Part shown: positions 25,798 to 33,747 of the stretch, piece by piece
Layout of the letters: each line of letters starts with the position of its first letter
Position numbering within the stretch: the first letter of the stretch is position 1
From: Thermodesulfobacteriota bacterium
GTDB taxonomy: Bacteria; Desulfobacterota_D; UBA1144
Direction of reading: 5' to 3'
DNA: 45,871 nucleotides
NCBI GenBank assembly: GCA_029246845.1
Contig: JAQWMJ010000010.1
Coordinates: 1-45,871, forward strand
The notes under the pieces: model-generated
The model's input: only the letters and a program-made list of their open reading frames with translations
What the model was told of the DNA's origin: nothing
The model's database searches: none
Translations under genes and position numbers: made by a program

Positions 25798-26421
25798 TCA
25801 CTCATGCAGCCCACACTCTCTCTTTTCTTCTACTTTGGTAGGGTCATAATAATCAAATTCATTCTTTAGTCTATGTTCTTTCATGTAAAAGTCTAAATCC
25901 TTATCAGACCAAAAATAAAAAGGGCTAAGCTTTAATAAACCATCCTTAGTTTTACTTGCAATACCTATGGTATCTCTAAATTTCGTTTGACCTTTTCTAA
26001 GATTTGTAATCCAGAGATCAGGACTTATATCCGACATTGCTCTTCTGAATGGCTCTAGTTTAACTTGATCCGTGAATTCTTTATGTTGGGGGTCTATAAT
26101 ATCTGGAATATCGCCCATAAAAACAGACCGATATTCCTTTGTTTGCCTTGGAACATATAAGAGTATGTTAAGTTTTAGCTCCGAGATAATTTTTTCAGCA
26201 AAAAGATAAGTTGCTTTTGTGTTGTAACCTGTATCACACCAAACAACTTTAATGTCTGGTTTAGCTTTTATTGCTAGGTGTAATATTGCAGCTTCATAGG
26301 GTCTAAAGTTTGTAGTAACAATTGGATTTCGACTTCCTTTTAATCCCCATTTAATTATATCTATAGGAGTCTTATCTTTAAGCTCAGCATTTAAGGAAGT
26401 CAGATCTTTAATACTATTCAT
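25798..26421 (-). CDS. cysH: Phosphoadenosine phosphosulfate (PAPS)-type sulfonucleotide reductase
   Basis: PAPS_reduct fold and the C-terminal catalytic motif KRECGLHE. Only 2 Cys in total, so the CC...CxxC Fe-S motifs of APS reductases are absent. Confidence 0.85.
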   Translation of the reverse strand: MNSIKDLTSLNAELKDKTPIDIIKWGLKGSRNPIVTTNFRPYEAAILHLAIKAKPDIKVVWCDTGYNTKATYLFAEKIISELKLNILLYVPRQTKEYRSVFMGDIPDIIDPQHKEFTDQVKLEPFRRAMSDISPDLWITNLRKGQTKFRDTIGIASKTKDGLLKLSPFYFWSDKDLDFYMKEHRLKNEFDYYDPTKVEEKRECGLHE

Positions 26422-27401
26422 ATTATTTCCCCGATAATAACGTTAGTTATTAGATATGATATTACGATACAGATTATTGGTGCAAGAATCCAAAATGTTA
26501 TAATTTGTGCAACACCTTTCTTTTTAAATGTCTTTTTGAATCCTGAGGTTGAACAAGAAAATCCAATTATTCCCGAAGTTATTATCTCAGCCATAGAAAT
26601 AGGGATTCCATAGAATGATGCAAAAGCAAGAAAAAATCCTCCTGTAAAATTAACAGAAATCGCTCTTATTATTGACAAGGATGTTATTTTGGTGGCTATA
26701 TTTTCAATAATAGCTCCCCCAAATATTAGAGCTCCTAATGCCATAAAGAAGCCAGATATCAGAGCTGCATCTCCTGCTGATATAACATTAAGGCCAACAA
26801 TAGGGGCTGCAGCATTAGCGGCATTATTTGCTCCTGCAAAGAGAGCTAAGAAGCAGGCAGAAGATATAAGTAAGAATTTTAAAGAGAAGGATATTTTTTG
26901 AGTCTTTCTCCCGTCCATACTTATTAACTTGTCGACTATTTCAAAATATACATACTTTCCAATCAGATAATTTAAAAGCCAGATGGCAATTGGAGTAATC
27001 AGCCACCATGCAATTATTTCGCTTGCCTTTCCTAAGTTAAGAGAATTTAAACTTAATCCTATTCCAAATATAGTACAAACAACTACGTGCGTGGTTGCAA
27101 TAGGTATTTTAGACTTATTAGCTACAAATATTGAAACTATTGGAATAATTAGAACTAAATAAATTAAATTGGATTTTAAACTAAGAAAATCAATATCAAG
27201 CAAGTTCTTTCCAACAGTGGTCACAACTTTCTCTCCCCCAAGCGAAGCTCCCAGGAAAACAAATATAAAAACCAGTGAGACTGCACCTAGCTTTGAAAGC
27301 ATTTTTGCGCCATATACTGTTGACATAGATGTTGAAGCGTTGTTTGCGCCTATATTAAATGCCAAGATTAAGCTTAAGAGAGATATAAGAGCAATCTCCA
27401 T
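26418..27401 (-). CDS. PiT (PHO4) family anion permease embedded in the cys operon, probable sulfate permease of the CysP type
   Basis: Two-fold repeat with GANNAS.S and GANNAANAAAP signatures (PiT GANDVAN-like). About 10 TM helices. Start overlaps the cysN stop (TAATG) and stop overlaps the cysH start (ATGA). Confidence 0.75.
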   Translation of the reverse strand: MEIALISLLSLILAFNIGANNASTSMSTVYGAKMLSKLGAVSLVFIFVFLGASLGGEKVVTTVGKNLLDIDFLSLKSNLIYLVLIIPIVSIFVANKSKIPIATTHVVVCTIFGIGLSLNSLNLGKASEIIAWWLITPIAIWLLNYLIGKYVYFEIVDKLISMDGRKTQKISFSLKFLLISSACFLALFAGANNAANAAAPIVGLNVISAGDAALISGFFMALGALIFGGAIIENIATKITSLSIIRAISVNFTGGFFLAFASFYGIPISMAEIITSGIIGFSCSTSGFKKTFKKKGVAQIITFWILAPIICIVISYLITNVIIGEII

Positions 27402-28654
27402 TATTTTATAATTCCTGCAGCAACAGTATTATTTGATTCAATATCGATAATAATAAATGAACCAAGCTCTTTATTTGATTCATATGTATCGTAGACAATA
27501 TTATTTTGGATTTTTATTTCTACCTGACCAATATCGTTCATTCTAAATGTATCATCAGGCTCCACTTCTTTCAGTGATTCAATTTTTATCTTATTTATCA
27601 ATTTGTTTATTAAAATTTTAGAACTCTTATTGGAGTGCTTCATTATATATTTTTTTTTTAATTTTAGCTCTTCCTCACCCATCCAGCATATCTGTGACAA
27701 TATTGTATCGTTAATCTTTAGGGCATAGTTTAAGGATGCTATAACATCACCACGTGAGATTTCTAGCTCATCTTCTAGTAATAATGTTCCCGATCGACCC
27801 TTATTTATTTCTTGACCGTATTGACCAGACTCAATTATATTTTTTATTTTTGATTCTTTCTGAGCCGGCAAGATTTTAACTTTATCACCAATTTTAAATC
27901 TTCCCGATGTAACCATTCCCATATAACCACGAAAATCTTTAATTTCCTCATTGTCTACCCTAGATATGAGTTGAACGGGAAAGCAGGATTTTCTGTCATC
28001 TTCTTCACGATATATTTTAGTATTTTCAAGTATATGAATTAACGTGTCCCCTTTGTACCAAGGAAGATTTATTCCTCTATCAACAACCATGTCCCCATTT
28101 AGAGCAGATATAGGTATGAAGTTGATTGAATTGATTGATAAATTGTCGGATAATTCTAAAAAGCTCTTCCTTATATCTATAAATTTTTCTCTATTGTAGT
28201 CAATAAGGTCCATTTTATTTACAGCAACAATTATATTTTTAATTCCTAAAAGGTAACTTATATACAGATGACGTCTGGATTGTTTTAATACACCTTTCCG
28301 TGAGTCAATTAGTATAATTGCCAAGCTAGAGTTACTAGCACCGGTAAACATATTACGAGTATATTCTTCATGACCAGGAGTATCTGCAATGATAAATTTC
28401 CTTTTGGGCGTAGAGAAATACCTATATGCTACATCAATTGTAATTCCTTGTTCTCGCTCATCTTTAAGTCCATCTGTCAGATGAGCAAGATCTATTTCTT
28501 TTAGATTCTTAGATTTTGAGTCACTTTCAAGTGTTTCTAATTGATCAAGAAATATACCTTTTGAATCGTACAATAATCTTCCTATAAGTGTTGATTTACC
28601 GTCATCGACGCTTCCTGCAGTAGCAAATCTTAAAATCTCAATTGAATCACTCAT
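27401..28654 (-). CDS. cysN: Sulfate adenylyltransferase subunit 1 (GTPase), without a fused APS-kinase domain
   Basis: GSVDDGKSTLIGRLL, DTPGH and NKMD GTPase motifs. I place the start at the ATG at 28654 (MSDSIEILRF), 1 nt after the cysD stop. The tracked ORF's extra 34 codons lie inside cysD. Confidence 0.9.
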   Translation of the reverse strand: MSDSIEILRFATAGSVDDGKSTLIGRLLYDSKGIFLDQLETLESDSKSKNLKEIDLAHLTDGLKDEREQGITIDVAYRYFSTPKRKFIIADTPGHEEYTRNMFTGASNSSLAIILIDSRKGVLKQSRRHLYISYLLGIKNIIVAVNKMDLIDYNREKFIDIRKSFLELSDNLSINSINFIPISALNGDMVVDRGINLPWYKGDTLIHILENTKIYREEDDRKSCFPVQLISRVDNEEIKDFRGYMGMVTSGRFKIGDKVKILPAQKESKIKNIIESGQYGQEINKGRSGTLLLEDELEISRGDVIASLNYALKINDTILSQICWMGEEELKLKKKYIMKHSNKSSKILINKLINKIKIESLKEVEPDDTFRMNDIGQVEIKIQNNIVYDTYESNKELGSFIIIDIESNNTVAAGIIK

Positions 28655-28655
28655 A

Positions 28656-29540
28656 TTAGAAATAACCTTCTCTTTTTTTATCTTCCATTGAGTTGGAACC
28701 GTGATCAATAATCCTAGTCTCACGCTCACTTCTTTTGGCTTTAATAGTCTCTTCAATTATCATATCTACATTAGTTGCATTAGAACGAACCGCACCTGTA
28801 CATGGCATACAGCCTAGGGATCTAAATCTTGATTCAACCATAGTTGAGCGCTGATTTCCTGAACCCTCAGCAGGTATTAGGCTTTTATCTTGTATTATCA
28901 TATTTCTATTTTTTGAAAAATATAAAGGGGTAATTTCTATTTTTTCATGTTTAATATAATTCCAAATATCTGTTTCTGTCCAACTAGATAAAGGGAAAAT
29001 TCTTACAGATTCGTTTTCGTCAATTTCTCCGTTAAAAATGTTCCATAATTCTGGTTTTTGTGACTTAGGATTCCATTGACCAAAGGTGTCACGAAAAGAG
29101 AAAATTCTTTCTTTGGCACGTGACTTTTCTTCATCTCTCCTTGCTCCACCTATAGCTGCATTAAAATTGTATTTATCCAGAGCATCTAGTAAGGCTTGAG
29201 TTTTTAATGCTCCACAGCATTTTGCAATTCCATTTTTGGAAGGATGGAATCCTTTTTCTATTGCATCTTCATTTCTGTATATAATTAAATTTGCTCCAAT
29301 TTCTTTAGTAAACGAATCTCTGAATTCATACATCTCTCTAAATTTATATCCTGTATCCACATGAAGTAATGGAAAAGGAATCTTTGACGGAAAGAAAGCT
29401 TTCCTGGCTAGATGAAGCATTACACTTGAGTCCTTACCTACAGAATATAGCATTACAGGTTTTTTAAATTCTGCGACAACCTCTCTAAGAATGAATATTG
29501 CTTCACTTTCTAATTCTTTTAGATATAACTTTTTTTTCAT
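28656..29540 (-). CDS. cysD: Sulfate adenylyltransferase subunit 2
   Basis: LKELESEAIFILREV, SVGKDSSVMLHL, and C-terminal ..RIIDHGS..MEDKKREGYF typical of CysD. Confidence 0.92.
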   Translation of the reverse strand: MKKKLYLKELESEAIFILREVVAEFKKPVMLYSVGKDSSVMLHLARKAFFPSKIPFPLLHVDTGYKFREMYEFRDSFTKEIGANLIIYRNEDAIEKGFHPSKNGIAKCCGALKTQALLDALDKYNFNAAIGGARRDEEKSRAKERIFSFRDTFGQWNPKSQKPELWNIFNGEIDENESVRIFPLSSWTETDIWNYIKHEKIEITPLYFSKNRNMIIQDKSLIPAEGSGNQRSTMVESRFRSLGCMPCTGAVRSNATNVDMIIEETIKAKRSERETRIIDHGSNSMEDKKREGYF

Positions 29541-31232
29541 TTATACGACAACATTCCTTAGAACTTCGAAGTCCTCAATATTGCAGAAATCGCCGAAGGC
29601 TTGTTCTTGATCTTTTCTATTTGCCTTCCAATAGCTTATTAATTTCGATATTTTATCTGCTAGTTCCTTATCATCTACAAGTTCTAAAAATAATCTATTA
29701 AGCCTCGTCCCATAAAAATCGCCACCTAAATAAATGTTATATTTGTTAGCTGTTGCGCCAATTAAGCCAATTTCTGATACTGGTGGTCTAGAGCAAGAGT
29801 TAGGACATCCACTCATTCTAATTTTTATTTTTTCATTACCAAAACCTCTAAGATCTAATTGGTCTATGAGAGAAGGAAGGAATCTTTCAGCTTCTGCAAC
29901 CGCAAGACTACATGTTGGGAGTGCCGGGCAGGCCATCGATGCCAATCTTAGATTAGAGTATCTCTCGTTTGTATCAATATTATTCTTCTCTAATAGGCTA
30001 TTAATATCCTCTATGTTTTCTTTATCAATATTGACTAGAATCAAGTCCTGTGTAGCAGTAAGCCTAGTTTCCACATTATGCTTTTTAATGATTTCAGCTA
30101 AACCAGATTTCAGCTTAACTGTTTCAGTATCTTTTATACGACCGTTTTCAATAAAAATTCCACAATAGAATTTATTTTCTTGTTTTTGTTTATGCCATCC
30201 ATAGTAGTTTTCTATTCTGGCTACTGATTTCTTAATATATTTTTCTAATTTAAAGTTTATTCTTGATTCCAGCTCGATTTTAAACTTTTCTATTCCCCAG
30301 TCTTCTAGTAGGTACTTCATCCTTGCTTGTTTTCTGTCGGTCCTTACACCGTAGTCTCTCTGAATTGCTATTATACCCTTTACAACTTCTATAACTTCAC
30401 TTTCCTTACACATGCCAAGCTCATCAGCGAGCCTAGGAAAGGTTTGAGTCTGCCTGTGATGACTGCCTAGTCCACCACCCACCAGGATATTAAAGTACTT
30501 ATTTTTTCCCTCTATGATGGGTAATATTCCAATATCTTGTGTATATATATCAATAGAGTTGTCTAATTGATGCCCTATGCCTATTTTAAACTTTCTTGGT
30601 AAATAAGTTTTTTTATAGAGAGAATCTTCTTCGATTTTGTCTCTATTTGCCTTAGTTGAAACCTTTTCTCCATCAACCCATATCTCATAATATCCTTTTG
30701 ATTTAGCTAATGTAGCCTGGTCAATTTCCTTAGCTAGAGACTGTGAGTCATAGCTGAGGTCTTCTCTAATATCAGATATAGGCGATGCAACAGTATTCCT
30801 AACTATATCTCCACAAGCTCCATAAGAAGTTATAAGATTTTCGTTTAAAGTTTTAACTAATTGCTTTAGATTCTTTTTGCCAATTCCATGAAATTGAAAG
30901 CACTCCCTGGTTGTAATTCTAAGGGTGGGATTTGACCATTTATTTGTAATATCATCCATTATGAGCCATTGCTGTGGAGTTATATTTCCTCCACCTGGAT
31001 TTTTTGTTCTAATCATAAAGCTATAATCTTTCTCTAAGCGAGCTTTCATTAAAGCTTTTCTTTTGTCTCGATCATCTTGTTGATAAATTCCATGAAACTT
31101 TAGTACTTGTTCGTTGTCGCCTGAAAATTTAATAGAATCTTGACTAGATAGCTCTTCTTCAATTGTTCCTCTCAGCCCATCACTAGACTCTTTTATTCCT
31201 TCGTTTTTAACTAATTTTACTTCTTTTTTCAT
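29541..31232 (-). CDS. cysI: Assimilatory sulfite reductase hemoprotein (siroheme/4Fe-4S; CysI or ferredoxin-Sir type)
   Basis: LKFHGIYQQDDRD, and cluster/siroheme Cys motifs CPALPTC and SGCPNSCSRP. AGGAGAGG RBS. No cysJ in the window. Confidence 0.88.
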   Translation of the reverse strand: MKKEVKLVKNEGIKESSDGLRGTIEEELSSQDSIKFSGDNEQVLKFHGIYQQDDRDKRKALMKARLEKDYSFMIRTKNPGGGNITPQQWLIMDDITNKWSNPTLRITTRECFQFHGIGKKNLKQLVKTLNENLITSYGACGDIVRNTVASPISDIREDLSYDSQSLAKEIDQATLAKSKGYYEIWVDGEKVSTKANRDKIEEDSLYKKTYLPRKFKIGIGHQLDNSIDIYTQDIGILPIIEGKNKYFNILVGGGLGSHHRQTQTFPRLADELGMCKESEVIEVVKGIIAIQRDYGVRTDRKQARMKYLLEDWGIEKFKIELESRINFKLEKYIKKSVARIENYYGWHKQKQENKFYCGIFIENGRIKDTETVKLKSGLAEIIKKHNVETRLTATQDLILVNIDKENIEDINSLLEKNNIDTNERYSNLRLASMACPALPTCSLAVAEAERFLPSLIDQLDLRGFGNEKIKIRMSGCPNSCSRPPVSEIGLIGATANKYNIYLGGDFYGTRLNRLFLELVDDKELADKISKLISYWKANRKDQEQAFGDFCNIEDFEVLRNVVV

Positions 31233-31540
31233 TTTACCTCTCCTAAATTTAAAAATTAATATGTGAATCCAATTGGTAACAACCTCAAAGAAAATTATCG
31301 ATTTTGATAAAATTTTTAACTAAAAGTGTTAAATTGGATTTTTTGCTAGCTACAACAGCAAGAGTTTGTAAAGTTAGGAGAACATAAATCTTTTCCTTTT
31401 AAAAATAAAAGAATATTTAGATTAACCATAACGAAACTCCTGAAATTAATTTTTTAACCCTAAGAGGAAAAGAACTTACAAGTTCCCTTGCTCGGCTTAG
31501 CAGTTATTTAAAGTCGTTGCAAGTAGAGTTAAATGACGAC
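31233..31540 (-). promoter_or_regulatory. Long (~300 nt) 5' leader of the cysI-cysD-cysN-PiT-cysH operon with a uORF and an anti-SD element
   Basis: Lies between the candidate promoter (31547-31576) and the cysI ATG. Contains a nested stem-loop (31460-31500), the uORF (31346-31429), and TCTCCTAA (31381-31374) complementary to the cysI SD TTAGGAGA (31246-31239). Confidence 0.45.
31346..31429 (-). CDS. Candidate leader peptide of the cys operon, 27 aa: MVNLNILLFLKGKDLCSPNFTNSCCCS
   Basis: My own translation of the minus strand. ATG at 31429-31427, AGGAG at 31441-31437 (7-nt spacer), TAG at 31348-31346. Codons 16, 24, 25 and 26 are Cys (TGT, TGC, TGT, TGT). Too short for the ORF track. Confidence 0.5.
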   Translation of the reverse strand: MVNLNILLFLKGKDLCSPNFTNSCCCS

Positions 31541-31546
31541 AATTTG

Positions 31547-31576
31547 ATTATAGCACTATATGTTCTTAAACAGCAA
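31547..31576 (-). promoter_or_regulatory. Candidate extended -10 promoter of the cys operon (TTGCTG-18 nt-TGcTATAAT)
   Basis: The minus strand reads cTTGCTGtttaagaacatatagTGcTATAATcaaattg, with an A/T-rich tract upstream. Confidence 0.4.
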
Positions 31577-31615
31577 GTTTTTTTAAAAAAATTAATATGA
31601 TATTATTATTTTTCG

Positions 31616-32527
31616 ATGGATAAAATTAATTTCGAGTTAATTAGCTTTTATAAATTTCTCCCTATTAAGGACCCTGATAAATTAAAAGATATGCTTTTTG
31701 TCTTATGTAAAAAATCTAAAATTCTTGGAACTATAATTGTATCAAAAGAGGGTGTAAATGGTATGCTAGCTGGGAGCAGCACTTCTTTAAATACTGCAAT
31801 TTCTTTTTTTAGCAAACTAGGTTTTTCTATTGAGGATTTTAAATTCTCTAGAACTAATATTAAGCCTTTTAAAAGACTAAGGATAAAGATAAGAGAAGAA
31901 CTCATTAGCTTAGGTTATGTAAAACTATCAAATCCAAATGAAGCTGTAGGTAAGTATGTTGATCCGGAGGATTGGAATAATTTAATAAGCAAGAAAGACC
32001 TAGTGTTAATTGATACTAGAAATAAGTATGAAACTTCTATTGGAACTTTTAATGGAGCAATCTTGCCACCTATGAAAAATTTCAAAGAATTTCCTGATTT
32101 TATAAAGAACAATAATATCTCAAAAGATGCCAGTATTGCGATGTTCTGTACTGGTGGGATTAGATGTGAGAAAGCCAGTGCTTATTTGTTGAAGATTGGA
32201 TTTAAAGATGTTTCGCACTTGAAAGGTGGAATAATAAAGTATTTGGAAAAAGTATCAAAAGAGGATTCAAAATGGGAAGGTGAATGTTTTGTTTTTGACA
32301 ATAGAGTATCAATTGAACAAGATTTAACACAAGGAAACTATTTAAACTGCAATGGTTGCGGAAAGCCTTTAAGAAAGGAGGAGGTTACCCACCCTAAATA
32401 CAAAAAAGGCGTTTCATGCCCTAAATGTTATGATAATTTAACTAAAGAGAAAATAGAAAGTTCATCTGAAAGACAGAAGCAGGTTGAACTTTCAGAAAAA
32501 AGAGGTGAAGTGCATATTGGAGAGTAA
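31616..32527 (+). CDS. trhO: Rhodanese-domain protein of the UPF0176/YceA family (tRNA uridine-34 hydroxylase TrhO)
   Basis: N-terminal YceA-like domain, a rhodanese active-site loop FCTGGIRCEKAS, and a C-terminal Cys-rich tail (CNGCGKP..CPKC). Confidence 0.8.
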   Translation: MDKINFELISFYKFLPIKDPDKLKDMLFVLCKKSKILGTIIVSKEGVNGMLAGSSTSLNTAISFFSKLGFSIEDFKFSRTNIKPFKRLRIKIREELISLGYVKLSNPNEAVGKYVDPEDWNNLISKKDLVLIDTRNKYETSIGTFNGAILPPMKNFKEFPDFIKNNNISKDASIAMFCTGGIRCEKASAYLLKIGFKDVSHLKGGIIKYLEKVSKEDSKWEGECFVFDNRVSIEQDLTQGNYLNCNGCGKPLRKEEVTHPKYKKGVSCPKCYDNLTKEKIESSSERQKQVELSEKRGEVHIGE

Positions 32528-33014
32528 GAAGTTCTTATTAATTATACTTTTAACTTTGTTTTCTTGTAATTCAAGCGATCAAGTGTATCAAGCAGAAGGT
32601 GTTTTTGTTAATTCCGCAAATGTTAAAATAGGAACAGTTGAGATAGTTCAGCAAGGAGATGGATCAAACTTTAGGATTCATATTGATACTTTAAAGCCAG
32701 GTTTTTATGCAATGCATATCCACGAGAAAGGTGAGTGTGCTTACCCTAGCTTTCTAACCTCTGGCGGTCACCATGGAATAAAAAAAGATGGTACTTTCTA
32801 TGGCGACTTCCATCCTATTAATGTAAAAAATGAAGTAAGTAAGTACACTGGAAAATTGAAGAAGTTTAGTCAAATAATTTTCCTTAAAGATGTTCACCTA
32901 AATCCCGATTCCAAATTTACCATTATGGACAATGACAGATCTTCAATAATTATTCATGAGAGTGCTCAAGGTGGAAAAAGAATAGCCTGTGCTGATTTGT
33001 ATAAGAAGTACTAA
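32517..33014 (+). CDS. sodC: Cu,Zn superoxide dismutase, probable lipoprotein
   Basis: HIHEKGEC, GGH and SIIIHE metal/active-site patterns. Lipobox LFSC. The start is ambiguous: TTG 32484 (tracked, 44-nt overlap with trhO), GTG 32505, or TTG 32517 with AGAGGTG 9 nt upstream. Confidence 0.75.
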   Translation: MESKKFLLIILLTLFSCNSSDQVYQAEGVFVNSANVKIGTVEIVQQGDGSNFRIHIDTLKPGFYAMHIHEKGECAYPSFLTSGGHHGIKKDGTFYGDFHPINVKNEVSKYTGKLKKFSQIIFLKDVHLNPDSKFTIMDNDRSSIIIHESAQGGKRIACADLYKKY

Positions 33015-33247
33015 TCCAAGCCACCATCTGAGTTAAGCTTGTTTAAATCATCAAACCCACCAATAAGTTTATCGTCTATTATAACAATAGGAACAGTTCT
33101 CCAATTATGCTTAGTTGACACTTCAAGCCTTAGCTCTAAGTCAGATGTTAAATCAATTTCTGTAAACTCTAAGTTCTTACTTATTAGAAGATTTTTAGCC
33201 GCAACACAGAATGGACAAGATGTTGTTGTATAAAGTTTAATTTCCAA
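33011..33247 (-). CDS. grxC: Glutaredoxin
   Basis: 78 aa with a CPFC active site, TVP, and a GG.DD motif. Confidence 0.85.
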   Translation of the reverse strand: MEIKLYTTTSCPFCVAAKNLLISKNLEFTEIDLTSDLELRLEVSTKHNWRTVPIVIIDDKLIGGFDDLNKLNSDGGLD

Positions 33248-33248
33248 T

Positions 33249-33656
33249 TTATATTCTCCTATAAATTAAAGATAATGTTAAATAAAAAATAATTAATGCA
33301 ATTAAATCCTGTAAAACATATATCTGCATATAATTTAACCTATCTAAACCAAAGATGATAAAAAGTATTAAGATATATATTGCAAAAACAATTAGAGATA
33401 CTATGAGTCCTTTAAGTAGCACACCCACCTTGATTTGTTGAAAAAAGAAGTAGTATATTGATGCAAAAAATAATGAAATTACATATAAGAGCAGATAGGG
33501 ATTTAATTTATTATTTGTTAAATAGTGATTTATATATTCAATATAATAAATAATATTAGTTGCTTCAAAGGGATAAAAGGTGTTTGCATAGAATAGATAA
33601 ACAAAAAAAATGCCCAAAAAAGAACCGATTAAAAAATTAATATTAAAAAGTGACAT
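33249..33656 (-). CDS. Hypothetical 4-TM membrane protein (very AT-rich, Tyr/Phe/Ile-rich)
   Basis: 135-aa ORF immediately upstream of grx on the same strand (1-nt gap). No motif recognised. Confidence 0.45.
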   Translation of the reverse strand: MSLFNINFLIGSFLGIFFVYLFYANTFYPFEATNIIYYIEYINHYLTNNKLNPYLLLYVISLFFASIYYFFFQQIKVGVLLKGLIVSLIVFAIYILILFIIFGLDRLNYMQIYVLQDLIALIIFYLTLSLIYRRI

Positions 33657-33692
33657 ATTGGATTATACGATATTAGATAGATTTTAAGAAAT

Positions 33693-33731
33693 TAGAAAAT
33701 GACCAGTTAAAGGAACGCTTTCTCTGGTCAT
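33693..33731 (-). terminator. Intrinsic terminator of the small-protein gene
   Basis: Minus strand: AATGACCAG (33731-33723), a 17-nt loop, CTGGTCATT (33705-33697), running into TTTTCTAATTTCTT. Confidence 0.5.
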
Positions 33732-33747
33732 TTCTATAAAATTAGTC

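Noticed and set aside
27401-28654. A fused CysN-CysC (APS kinase) bifunctional protein that would explain the PAPS-type CysH.
   Set aside because: The protein is only 417 aa and ends right after the EF-Tu-like beta-barrel domains. There is no second P-loop or kinase domain.
28655-28756. A 34-codon N-terminal extension of the cysN ORF (MKRLLKPKEV...).
   Set aside because: It lies entirely inside the cysD coding sequence. The conserved CysN N-terminus (MSDSIEILRFATAGSVDDGKS) begins at the ATG at 28654, 1 nt after the cysD stop.
31267-31340. A 9-bp inverted repeat AATCCAATT/AATTGGATT (plus the palindrome CCAATTGG) between the uORF and cysI, considered as a transcription terminator of a classical attenuator. 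A weak TTATC-aaaatc-GATAA hairpin before TTTTCTTT was also considered.
   Set aside because: The 9-bp stem has a ~57-nt loop and is not followed directly by a U-tract. The second hairpin is only 5 A/T-rich bp. Neither is a convincing intrinsic terminator, so I do not claim terminator-based attenuation.
31233-31540. A SAM-type (SAM-I/II/V) or T-box riboswitch in the cys leader.
   Set aside because: I could not find the conserved cores as I remember them (for example the SAM-II AAAGCU pseudoknot element or the T-box AGGGTGG..ACCGCG). The claim cannot be supported without an Rfam scan.
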